A stretch of 64,000 nt of DNA from Octopus vulgaris (lineage: Eukaryota): contig OX597822.1 of the NCBI GenBank assembly GCA_951406725.2, positions 39,742,001 to 39,806,000 on the forward strand, given 5' to 3'. A program made the translations under genes and the position numbers. The notes under the pieces were generated by a model. That model had not been told where the DNA came from, made no database searches, and saw only the letters and a program-made list of their open reading frames with translations. Below are positions 13,892 to 25,585 of this stretch, one piece after another; position 1 is the stretch's first letter, and each line of letters opens with the position of its first letter.

Positions 13892-14670
13892 CACGCACGC
13901 ACACACACACACACACACACTCACGCACGCACACACGCACGCACACACCTACACCACAGGAACATCCTCCAACACACATACCTCACCAAGCCGACTGTAA
14001 CAACCCTCCCCCCCTGACATCTCCTGCACCTCACCCCTAGCTTACTACCACAACCACATGGCAAACAGTTCCCCATATTTCCTCGGACCACCTACCAATT
14101 ATCATCACAACACACTCCTACATCAATGAAGCAACCAAAAACACTTTTACGAACTTCAAAAAAACGCAGTGGAATGAGTTCCACCAAGAAACAGAATCAA
14201 GGAGATTTTTTGTTTGTTTTTGCTTTTGCTTTTGTTCAGAATGCAGTATCAATACAGCAAGTACTCTGCAGTATATACACGCAGCAAAATAATTATAAAC
14301 GCATCAAAAAACACATCCCCAATTACACACTAACCTCGTAAAAAGCAGAGATAACCTCAAATACACGATACACCAAAAAGCAACACATCCCGACCGATAT
14401 AAAACTCAGCATTAGACAACTAAACAAGGAAATAGCAAAACAAAAAAGAAAGAAAAAGACATCTATAAAAACAGAAAAACTGGTAAACATTTTCATCCAA
14501 CACAAACACTCCACCACAACCCCTCCCCCAAACTAACAGCTGAACGCTATATGAAGCAATTGATAGTATCAACAACACCGCCATTAACATCACCGTCAAC
14601 AGCACCAACGAAGGTCATAGCACACACCATGTTGCCAGAACAATCTTGCAACACCAAGCAAGCGCACTAA
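13250..14670 (+). mobile_element. Decayed LINE apurinic-endonuclease region (I/Jockey-like), interrupted by (CA)n
   Basis: HDIDIEIIQET, LEMQAFKIKISNANHINILNIY, IIRGPFNAH (~GDFNAH), TWQTVPHISSDHLPIIIT (SDH motif). Confidence 0.8.
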
Positions 14671-14704
14671 GTTCCAGTCTGGCTTTGATGTTTTTAATCA
14701 AGTA

Positions 14705-14955
14705 CAGGATGTTCGGGTTAAATTTGACGATTTTTATGTCTCATCTGGGACACAGTGAGAAACACATGTGCCAATGTCCGGAGCCTTCTTGTAGCTATAG
14801 TTCTAATTAATGGTGGCGACTTTGAATAAGCTTGTTACCCCCCAGCCATAATCTTGTTGATGTTTTTCCATTTTTTTAAATACTTTTAATTTTGGATGGG
14901 ATATTGTATTTTCTTTTCTTTTGAGCAAACTATCAAATTTAGCCCGAACACCCGG
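14705..14955. mobile_element. Tc1/mariner MITE (~250 bp)
   Basis: TA|caggatgttcgggttaaatttga ... tcaaatttagcccgaacacccgg|TA. Confidence 0.85.
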
Positions 14956-15117
14956 TACAGGTTTGTGGGGTTGTGCCAACGCTCAGACCATTCCCTGAAA
15001 TTGCTGGCTTTGTGCTAGAAGTTGAAACCAGTATTATCTGCCCAACAATTCCGGTAGGGTTTCAACGTAACGAATTGTTTTATCCCCAAATAAACGTGAC
15101 TATTGTTAATATTTGAG

Positions 15118-15660
15118 CTGACAGAATTATTAGAACGTCGGGTAAAATGCTCAGCGGCATTCCGCCCGCCTTCATGGTCTTATATTGTCATTAAGGCGGC
15201 AAAATGGCAGTGTTTTTAGTAATTAGTGGCATTTTGTCCGTCTTGATGCTCAGAATTCAAACACTGACGAGGTCGACTTTGCTTTTCATTTTTCGAGGTC
15301 AATGAAATAATATCCAGTTAGGTACCGGAGTCGATATTATCGTCTAGTCCTCACCCTGAAAATTTCAAGCCTTGTGTCTATAGTAGAAAGAATTACTTAC
15401 ATTTTTTACACTTATAGTACGTCGGACAAAATGCCTTGAGTCTATTTATGATAAAAAAAATAAGAAAAATTTATTTTGGTTTAAAATTTAGCAAAACGCC
15501 AGTAATTTAGGGAGTACATTGACGCCATTGCTCAACTGGTGCTTCTTTTATCGGTAACCAAAAGGATGAAAAGCTACGTCGACCCCGCGGGTATTTGAAC
15601 TCAGTAAATGCTGCTAAGCAAGTTTCTGGGATGGTAACGATTCTGCCAGATCGCTGCCTT
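15118..15660. mobile_element. Cluster of old SINE-A fragments (+ 15118-15395, - 15480-15660)
   Basis: Diverged matches to the SINE-A motif gaggtcgactttgcctttcatcctttcggggtcgat. Other old copies at ~9632-9770(+), 11165-11377(-), 13035-13150(-), 18962-19125(+), 26760-26930(+) and 59955-60090(-). Confidence 0.75.
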
Positions 15661-16152
15661 ATTCGTCATTTATTAGAAGAATGACATTATCAAAATTCCT
15701 CTTTTAAAATATAGCTTGAAAAGGTTACTACGAAATTTCAGATACCAAGAACGATTGAAAATAATTTATTCAATCATATTTTCATCTTTACTTTGATCAA
15801 ACTTCTCTATGTATCAGACTGTTAATTTTTAAAACTTGAAATTTATAAAAAAAAAAAAAAAGAAGCCTTTGAAAATTAACAGTCTGATAGAGCATGAAAC
15901 CCGAATATTTTTGAACTATGAATAAAGTTAAATATGAAACAATAAATTTTATTTTCTTTAATGATTTTTAAAACCTTGATGATTTTGATGACTTTTGAAA
16001 CCTTGTAGTAATTTTTGAAGGATTTTGACTTTTAAATGAAGGAATTTAACAACAGTGGAGTTGCAAGTGTGTACTTGGTTGCGTGACTTTTAATTTATCT
16101 ATGACTCCAGTATTACGTACGATGTACTATTATTTCATAATAGCATATTGCA

Positions 16153-16354
16153 TACAGTTCTATATTTAAGAGATGAGGAATTATGTACATTATTTACATT
16201 GTACACATTTGACGGATATTTGTCCTCATCTTGTTTGTTGTTAACACAACGTTTCGGCTGATATATCCTCCAGCCGCCATCAAGTGTCTTGGGCGCAGTG
16301 GTTAAGAGTGCGGGATACTTACACCAAGATTCTGAGTCCGATTCCAGGCAGTTA

Positions 16355-16426
<72 letters not shown>

Positions 16427-16499
16427 TAATAATAATAATAATAATAATAAAAACAACAACAACAATAATAATAATAATAATAATAATAATATAATAGTA

Positions 16500-16536
<37 letters not shown>

Positions 16537-16552
16537 TAATAATAATAATAAC

Positions 16553-16586
<34 letters not shown>

Positions 16587-16621
16587 GTAATAATAATAAT
16601 AAAAATAATAATAATAATAAC

Positions 16622-16676
<55 letters not shown>

Positions 16677-16678
16677 TT

Positions 16679-16724
<46 letters not shown>

Positions 16725-16726
16725 TT

Positions 16727-16790
<64 letters not shown>

Positions 16791-16951
16791 TTAACATCGA
16801 AAAATACCTTAAGAATGAGAACCCAGGTTCGAAGTTTCCCCAAGACACCTGATAAAGGCTGGAGGGTATATCTTTCGAAAAGCTGTGTTAACAACAAGCA
16901 AGATGAGGAGAAATATCCGTCAAATGTAAATAATGTGAATAATGTAAATAA
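16153..16951 (+). mobile_element. Family F composite: inverted tail copy + tRNA-like head + (AAT)n + Penelope-type hammerhead tail
   Basis: 16153-16293 is the reverse complement of the tail at ~16838-16951 and beyond. Head 16291-16358 has A-box gggcgcagtgg and B-box-like gagtccgattcc. Tail acac-ctgataa-aggct...gaaa. Another tail copy at 18830-18960. Confidence 0.7.
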
Positions 16952-19740
16952 TGAGCAAATTGCATATTTATGGTAATTTTATAGGACAATAAGCAGGTGC
17001 TTTTCTTTGGCAGCAATAACAACTGACCTTCAAAGGCAATAATACTTGTTTTACGTTGTAGAAAATGTCATCCATCCATCCATCCATCCATCCATACATA
17101 CATACATACATACATACATACATACATACATACATACACACACATACATAATGAGAATACATGCATAAAGCAAACCATACAAATCTGCACATTCTTTTAC
17201 TTGTGTCAGTCATTTGACTGCGGCCATACTGGAGCACCATCTGTAGTCGAACAAACCGACCCCAGGACTTATTCTTTGTAAGCCTAGTACTTATTCTATC
17301 GCGTATAGACATATGCATATATACACACACACACATACACACACACATATATATATACACACATGTATATGTCTGTGTTTGTATGTCTGTGTATATATAT
17401 GTGTATGTAAGCATGTATATATATATAAATATATATATATGCATATGTGTGTGTGCGTGTGTGTGTGTTTTCATAGTCGTCACTCGCAAGCGAGTAAGAC
17501 TTAGCGCCGTGTACCACGCTTTGGCTAAGTGTTTCATGTGTCTATGTAATTGCGAACGGGTATAAACGCATTCTCGACCTTCGTAGTCGGGATCTAGCCG
17601 AACTTCAAGTTATGAGGTCGATGTCAGCATTGTCTAATACTCAGTTTCAATCGACTACACTAAACGCGAAATGAAATATCTTGCTTAAGGACACATCGAA
17701 CCGCCATGACTGGGAACGGAACCCACAATCATATAACCGGGAGTCTAGCACTTGACTATGAGACGAAGCGGATGCATGACTCACTAGGTTTTATCTTTTA
17801 GATGTTTTCTTTTTTTTGACGGAACAAAAGAATTACTAATATGATATAAGTTATTTCTTGAAAAGATATTTCAATAAGGACAACACATTTGGTTTTAACC
17901 ACCCAGTATAATCACACTTCAAATGGGATGCGGACATCTTTGCTTTTGATCATTGCACTGATTCTCATTGGCATTGATAAATACAATTTTTTCACACTAA
18001 TCTGCATGTTACAATGAACCAATCAAAATGACGATAGAATCCAATGACATAATTTGTTAGAAAAAACGCATCAAAAACCGAGACAACAGGACGACACTTT
18101 AAACGTGAGTCATCTACTCTGGCCAGTACTATACATATATCATATTTGTATTTTCTACTTTGAACAAAAACCTCAGAGCAGTTTTCTCGTAGTTTATGTA
18201 ATATATTTATTATCTCATCGTTTTGTAAAATATAGGAGTACATTATTTACATTATCCAATGTGTCATTTCCCTATGTAAAATAATAGGATGGGATTTGGT
18301 CATTGCTGTTAGCGTGCCGACCGACAGCGCTGGGGCTTTCTGTCATAGGTTCGAAGTAAACTTGGTTCTTGTTGTTTTGCCGTCATATTAGCTCTGATTC
18401 AGGAGGTCCTACTATAAAAGGTAACCCAGTCGTTTATTATTTAAGCCGTTAGTTCGTGCAATGAGGGAGATTTCGTTTCCGTTTCCTGCATGTTGAGCGT
18501 TTAGAAGCTTCATTGTTGAATCGTGAGACCAACTTAAAATATTGTTTCATAGGAAAGCATAACTATTGTTTCTCTTTCCCTATATCATTCCTTTAGAGAA
18601 GGAATGAAATAGGGAAGGAAAAGAAAAATACCTCTTCCACCAAAAATAAAAAGCAAAAATAAAAAACCAAACAAGAATGCAAAGTTATTCTAATATCTAT
18701 CAGTGATCAATGAGGGAGATAACTTTAACTAATTGACGTTTCAATGGAGGTCTCAATCGCAACGGTGACCAGAAAATCGCAGCCGCTCTCACACTGAACC
18801 TTCCTTATGTCTTTACAATAATAATAATAATAGCATCGAAAAATACCTTAAGAATGAGAACCCAGGTTCGAAATTTCCCCAAGAGACCAGAAAAAGGCTG
18901 GAGGATATATCAGCCGAAATGTTGTGTTAACAACAAGCAAGATGAGGACAAATGTCCGAGTACAGAATCATTAGCTCGCCGGACGAAATGCTTAGCGGTA
19001 TTTCGTCTGCCGTTATGTTTGTAGGCAAACAAGGACTGACTAACGGATTAATCGACTTAATCTGTTTGTCTGTCCTTGTTTGTCCCTTCTATGTTTAGCC
19101 TTTTGTGGGCAATAAAGAAATAAGAAAGAGTTACGGAAGTAGCAGCATTTCGTTGTCGTAAACATACGTGATATCCCAAGAGACACAATTAATGGCCAAG
19201 TATCTGTTTTGCAGTTCTAAAATTTTAGGGTCAGTTGGGTTCAAAGTCACGACTTGCGTGTAATCTAATTTTAGGTGGGGGGAAAAACTTGCATTGTATC
19301 ATCCACACTTTCTTGTCTTGAGACCTTTAAATCCAGCTACAAAAGTTGCTTTGAACAGTTGGAAGTGAAACTAAATGTAGAAGGTACTGAAAACTAGACA
19401 AAGATTCAAAAGAAACACTCTGCAGGTTTCACCCTGATATCTCTATGAGGGTTGTTTTCTTTAATTGTCTGCTATCCTTCCGAACCCATAAATGAGACTA
19501 TTCGACCGTTGTTTCCATACAATTGCGGACCACAGCCTTACCAGTAAGATAGTGAAGAGTGTGAATTTGAAATCTTTCATCTCTTAAACAGCCTAGATTC
19601 CCGTCTCTTCCAATAGTTTTATTTCGCACTCAGTTACTAACTCGTTTATTTCTTTATTCCCGCGCTCTAACGCTAAATAGCCGTTGACTTTCCACTGAAT
19701 TATCCAAGAGAACATGTAGCTCAACATCCCACCAAATAAT

Positions 19741-20983
19741 CCTTTCTACTTTAGGCACAAGGCCCGAAATGTTTGGAAAGGAAGCCAATCGATTAGATCG
19801 ATTAGCAAGCAACTGGTACTTAAGTTATCGACTCCGAAAGGATGAAAGGCAAAGTAGACTTCGGCGGAATTTGAACTAAGCACATTAAGACAGACTAAAT
19901 AACGCTAAGCATTTCGCCCGGAGTGCTAGCGTTTCTGGCAGCTCGTCGCCTTATCCCTACTTCAATATTCTTTTCCACTCTAGGCGCAAGGCCCGAAATT
20001 TGGGGGAAGGGGGCAGTCGATTAGATCTACCCCAATACGCAACTGGTACTTAATTTATCGACCCCGAAAGGAAAAAAGGCAAAGTCGACCTCGGCGGAAT
20101 TTGAACTCAGAACGTTGCGGCAGACGAAATACCTATTTCTTTACTACCCACAAGGAGCTAAACACAGAGGAGACAAACAAGGACAGACAAACGGATTAAG
20201 TCGATTATATCGACCTCAGTGCATAACTGGTACTTAATCTATCGACCCCGAAAGGATGAAAGGCAAAGTCGACCTCGGCGGAAGTTGAACTCAGAAAGTA
20301 AGGGCAGACGAAATACCTATTTCTTTATTACCCACAAGGGGCTAAACATAGAGGGGATAAACAAGGACAGACATAGGTATTAAGTCGATTACATCGACCT
20401 CAGTGCGTAACTGGTACTTAATTTATCAACCCCGAAAGGATGAAAAGCAAAGTCGACCTCGGCGGTATTTGAACTCACAACGTAACGGCAGACGAAATAC
20501 AGGCTAAGCATTTCGCCCGGTGTGCTAACGTTTCCACCAGCTCACCGCCTTCACAGACAAACTAAATACCTATTTCTTTACTACCCACAAGGGGCTAAAC
20601 ACAGAGAGGACAAACAAGGACATACGGATTAAGTCAATTGTATCGACCCCAGTGCGTAACTAGTACTTATTTAATCGACCCCGAAAGAATGAAAGGCAAA
20701 GTCGACCTCGGCAGAATTTGAACTCAGAACGTAGCGGCAGACGAAATACCTATTTCTTTACTACCCACAAGGGGCTAAACACAGAGGGGACAAACAAGGA
20801 CAGGCAAACGGATTAAGTCGATTACATCGACCCCAGTGCGTAACTTGTACTTATTTAATCGACCCCGAAAGGATGAAAGGCAAAGTCGACCTCGGCGGAA
20901 TTTGAACTCAGAACGTAGCGGCAGACGAAATACCGCTAAGCATTTCGTCCGGCGTGCTAACGATTCTGCCAGCTCACCGCCTT
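19741..20983 (-). mobile_element. Six-unit head-to-tail multimer of tRNA-derived SINE-A
   Basis: Units at ~19741, 19971, 20134, 20317, 20570 and 20750. A-box tggcagaatcgtt and B-box gagttcaaattc on the minus strand. Flanked by 16-bp direct repeat catcccaccaaataat (19725-19740, 20984-20999). Confidence 0.92.
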
Positions 20984-21618
20984 CATCCCACCAAATAATA
21001 CCAACTCTGTACAAAGTTAATTTTCTTAAGAGTCAGTGGAAATCAATCAACAATGAAGATATACTGACCTTAAACATTGTAACTGAAAGACGATGCTATA
21101 AAACTAAGAGAAGTTCTGTCAATAATGCAATTTCATTAAGTATTATCCAATAAGAAAGTTCGATTGTGTAGAAAGGAACAACCATAGCCGTAGGAGAATA
21201 ACCTCGTACGACGAAGAAGAAGAAGGATCTCCGATAGCTTAAATAAGCAAATCAATGGAAGAGCGCGGAATCTTGTTAAAAATATCACTTAGCATCGAAA
21301 ATAACAAAAAAACACTTCCTTGAAAATGAGAGAAATAAAGGAGACCCGGGTTGTAAATAATGTAGAAAAGAATTAACCCTTAAGTGTTCTACAGAATCAT
21401 TAAAGAGAATATAACCTGTCTGCTGTACAAAATGAGGCAATTCTTGGAAGGAAGGGAGATCACTCTATGTAATCCTTACAAAATAAGTTAAATGTTGAAT
21501 AAAGTTGCTTCGCCGTTATCCCTCGGTTTCAAGTTTCAAGTGCTTTACTATCAATCCTCCGATATTGGATATTGCTGGTATTGTGTCAAAATTTGAAACC
21601 AATATAACTATCTTAAGC

Positions 21619-21840
21619 AAGGCGGTGAGCTGGCAGAATTGTTAGCACGCCGGGTAAAATGCTTAGCGACATTTCGTCGGTTTTTATGCTCTGAGTTCTA
21701 ATTCCACCGAGGTCGACTTTGTCTTTTCACTCCTTTCGGGGTCGACGAAATAAGTATCATTTGAACACTGGGTTCGATGTAATCGACTTTACCCCTTCTC
21801 TGAAAATGCTGACCTTGTGCCAAAATTTGAAGCCGATATT
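21619..21840 (+). mobile_element. SINE-A copy
   Basis: aaggcggtgagctggcagaattgttagcacgccggg...gaggtcgactttgtc...ggggtcga... Confidence 0.9.
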
Positions 21841-22104
21841 AATACTGATTGTTGCACCGTTTCATTTGCTTGGTAAGAAAATAGCCAAAACATGCCTGTT
21901 TTTGCCATGAATATTCTTAGATCTTGAGAACAATCGCAACGTAAGCACAATAGGTCATGCTTATTCACTGAAAACTTTTTGTTCTCAATCACTTGAATAT
22001 TACTTTAAACTTTGGTTGCCAAATACTGCCATTCTCATTACTGAATTGGAAGCAATCCAGAGGACTTAATAAAAAAACGATTGCATGAATCAGAGGAGTT
22101 TTCT

Positions 22105-22376
22105 TTTCTATCTTCTTTTACATGTTTCAGTCATTAAATTGCGGCCAAGCTAGGGCACCGACTTAAAGAATTTTAGTCGAACTAATTCGCCCAAGTACAT
22201 TTGTTTTTTTTGGGTGGGTGGGTGGGTGGGGGGGGGGTTCTTGGTAATTATTTTGTTTTTTGCTAAGCTTGGTCATTATTCTACCGGTCCGTCTTTTGAC
22301 GAACTGCTCAGTTACGGGGTCGTAAAATCACCATTGCCGGGTGTCAAACAGAAGTGGGGAGTGGGAAACAAACAAG

Positions 22377-22415
<39 letters not shown>

Positions 22416-22570
22416 AGTTTCTTTCAATTTTTCGCTATAGAGTTCAGCACAAGACCTTAGGTCGGCTCGACGCTACTTTAGGAGACATTGGCCAAGATGC
22501 CACACTCACTGGGACTGAACCCGGAACTATGTGGTCGGGAAGCAAACTTCTCATCTCACGGCACACGTGT
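22105..22570 (-). mobile_element. SINE-B copy (diverged)
   Basis: Matches SINE-B tail (tgtttcagtcatt..gcggcca) and head (gggactgaacccggaac). Confidence 0.8.
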
Positions 22571-22589
22571 GTGAGAAAGCTTTGAAAGC

Positions 22590-22845
22590 TTATAATTCCT
22601 GAAATGAAGAAGGTGACATACAAATCGTCTGTAAAGTTATATGAACATGAGATTAGAATGTGGAAGGAAAGAGTCGCAAGGCGATTTCTTCAAGTCGAGC
22701 CAACCAGCAGGGAATCCAGAGGTAGACCAAGAACAAGCTGAGTGAGCAATATCTATAATCTCAGTTGGTCACGGATGGGAACTCAATGAGAGAATCTTAT
22801 GATGGCTACTTCCGATAAGACCCTGTACTGCTGCTTGAGTACTCT
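22590..22845 (+). mobile_element. Decayed RTE-like LINE C-terminal fragment
   Basis: RGRPRTS*VSNIYNLSWSRMG resembles the RTE R.RGRP..RW.D.I terminal motif. Followed by (TATC)n. Confidence 0.5.
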
Positions 22846-22848
22846 CAA

Positions 22849-22926
<78 letters not shown>

Positions 22927-22976
22927 CCTACCTGCCTACCTGCCTACCTGCCTACCTGCCTACCAGCCCACCTGCC

Positions 22977-23017
<41 letters not shown>

Positions 23018-23159
23018 TTCTGTCTCTCTGTCTATCTATCTACCTGCCTACCTGCCTGTCTGTTTGTCTGTATGTCTGTCTGTATGTATGTATGAGTGCA
23101 TGTATGTATAGAGGTAGTAAGGCAGATAACCACAATTGGGCTTGAACATATATTTATAC

Positions 23160-23197
<38 letters not shown>

Positions 23198-23243
23198 TAA
23201 TATTTCTAAGTCTCTCTAAAGGAGACTACAGCAGCGGTACTGG

Positions 23244-23641
23244 ATATTAATAGCTATCGCCAAGCTAACATGGCAGTCCAGAAAAATAGGACGAATGCTG
23301 CCTCTAGCTAGCTATGTGACACGCGAACCTGTGTCCATTATAACCTTCGAACAGGGGAGCTTAGCCGCTTCCTCTTGCTGGTCTGGCATCTACAGACTAG
23401 TTTCATTGCATTTGCTGGGTTCGGTTACTCTACATTGATAAGGGGCAAATACCCTGAAACTAGCCTGTAGATGCCAGGCTAGCAAAAGAAGCGGATGACC
23501 TCCCCTGTTCGAATGTTCTAATGGACACAGGTTTGCGTGTCACATATCTAGCTAGAGACGATGGCTTCTTGAAGCTAATCAACGGCAGCATTTGTCGTAT
23601 TTTTCTGGACTGTCATGTTAGCTCGGCGATAACTATTAATA
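23244..23641. mobile_element. Fold-back element (~170-195-bp arms) with central Penelope-type hammerhead motif
   Basis: Arms 23244-23415 and 23445-23641 are reverse complements; the right arm has a ~25-bp insertion. Centre tctaca-ttgataa-gggg-caaata-ccct-gaaac-ta-gcc-tgtaga. Confidence 0.75.
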
Positions 23642-23653
23642 TATATATATATA

Positions 23654-24055
23654 CTCTTTACTCTTTTACTCTTTTACTTGTATCAGTCATTTGACTGCGG
23701 CCATGCTGGAGCACCGCCTTTTGTCGGGCAAATCGACCCCAGGACTTAATCTTTGTAAGCCCAGTACTTATTCTATCAGTCTCTTTTGCCGAACCGCTAA
23801 GTGACGGGGACGTAAACACTCCAGCATCGGTTGTCAAGCAATGCTAGGGAGACAAACACAGACACACACGCATACATATATATATACATATATACGACAG
23901 GCTTCTTTCAGTTTCCGTCTACCAAATCCACTCACAAGACATTGGTCAGCCCGGGGCTATAGCAGAAGACACATGCCCAAGATGCCACGCAGTGGGACTG
24001 AACCCGGAACCATGTGGTTGTTTAGCAAGCTACTTACCACACAGCCACTCCTGCG

Positions 24056-24057
<2 letters not shown>
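23654..24057 (-). mobile_element. Full-length tRNA-derived SINE-B
   Basis: Revcomp begins ggcgcaggagtggctgtgtggtaagtag, with B-box gggttcagtcc, an internal (TA/TG) microsatellite and a (gtaaaaga)n tail. Confidence 0.92.
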
Positions 24058-24104
<47 letters not shown>

Positions 24105-24409
24105 CAATGGAGGTGAAGAATCAAGGTGTTCTAGTTTAACGCCCGTGAAGTATGAAAAAGTCTTGACGTTTTGATCCTACGCTCTCCGACAGAAAGGATT
24201 AAGAGGGGGAAAAACCAGTGACAGAACGGAAAAAAAGGGGAGAAAATGTGTAGGGATTAACGGTTCAACCTGATGAAATATAGCCGGAAGAAATATACAT
24301 AATGATATGTAAATATAAGATCCCAGGATTCAGGTGTAAGAAGTTAGTATATGTATATATGCATGCACTCACACACATATACATATATATATGCAAGCAC
24401 ATATTCTTT

Positions 24410-24928
<519 letters not shown>

Positions 24929-25115
24929 TATATAAAAGGGCTTAGTAAAATAAATTACTTTGCCGCATACTGAACTCATTAGAAATAGCAGCTAAAAAAC
25001 TTTTTTAAAACTATTTCTAATACTTAAAGAAAACCTCTCTCATATAGTGTTTGCTCAATTCAACTCACGAAAGTATGGGGGTAAAGACATCAAAAAATCA
25101 AATGCAAAGGTTATT

Positions 25116-25167
25116 TGAGAACGTACGTTTCAAGATTAGTCAACACGACACTTCTATCATCAGCTCA
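25116..25167 (-). ncRNA. Minimal type I hammerhead ribozyme motif (Penelope-type)
   Basis: Revcomp: tgag CTGATGA tagaagtgtcgtgttgactaatctt GAAAC gtac GTT ctca. Stem I tgag/ctca, intact core, palindromic stem III loop; stem II imperfect. Confidence 0.6.
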
Positions 25168-25294
25168 GAAACTCCTTGGTTTGGATTTGAAAACACTGAA
25201 AGTGGGAGCATGCCCTTTCGGCTTCCTATCGCTTCTGAAGACCCGCTCGCAACTACCAGTGCCAACAAACTCAAATATGCAAGCGAAGAATTTC

Positions 25295-25585
25295 TGTTCT
25301 CCCCTTTCCTGGCTCATAAGGGCCGGTTTGCCGGTTTCCTTGGCGCATAGGTTCCCCGCCTGGACAGGACGCCGGTCCGTTGCAGGTGAGCTGCAAGATG
25401 CTGGAGGAAAGAGTGAGAGAAAATTGTGGCGAAATAATCAGCAGAAGTTCGCTATTACCTTCTTCCGGAGCCACGTGGAGCTTAGGTGTTTCGCTCATAA
25501 ACACACACATCACCCGGTCTGAGATTCGAACCCGCGATCCCCCGACCGCGAGTCCGCTCTCTAACCACTAGGCCATGTCCCTTCA
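25295..25585 (-). mobile_element. tRNA-derived SINE-C
   Basis: Revcomp head atggcctagtggttagagagcggactcgcggtcg...gggttcgaatc (A- and B-box). Body shared with 33586-33885. Confidence 0.9.

Noticed and set aside
19741-20983. Regularly spaced repeats resembling a CRISPR or satellite array
   Set aside because: Whole ~180-bp units are homologous to dispersed SINE-A monomers such as 35661-35894; there are no unique spacers.
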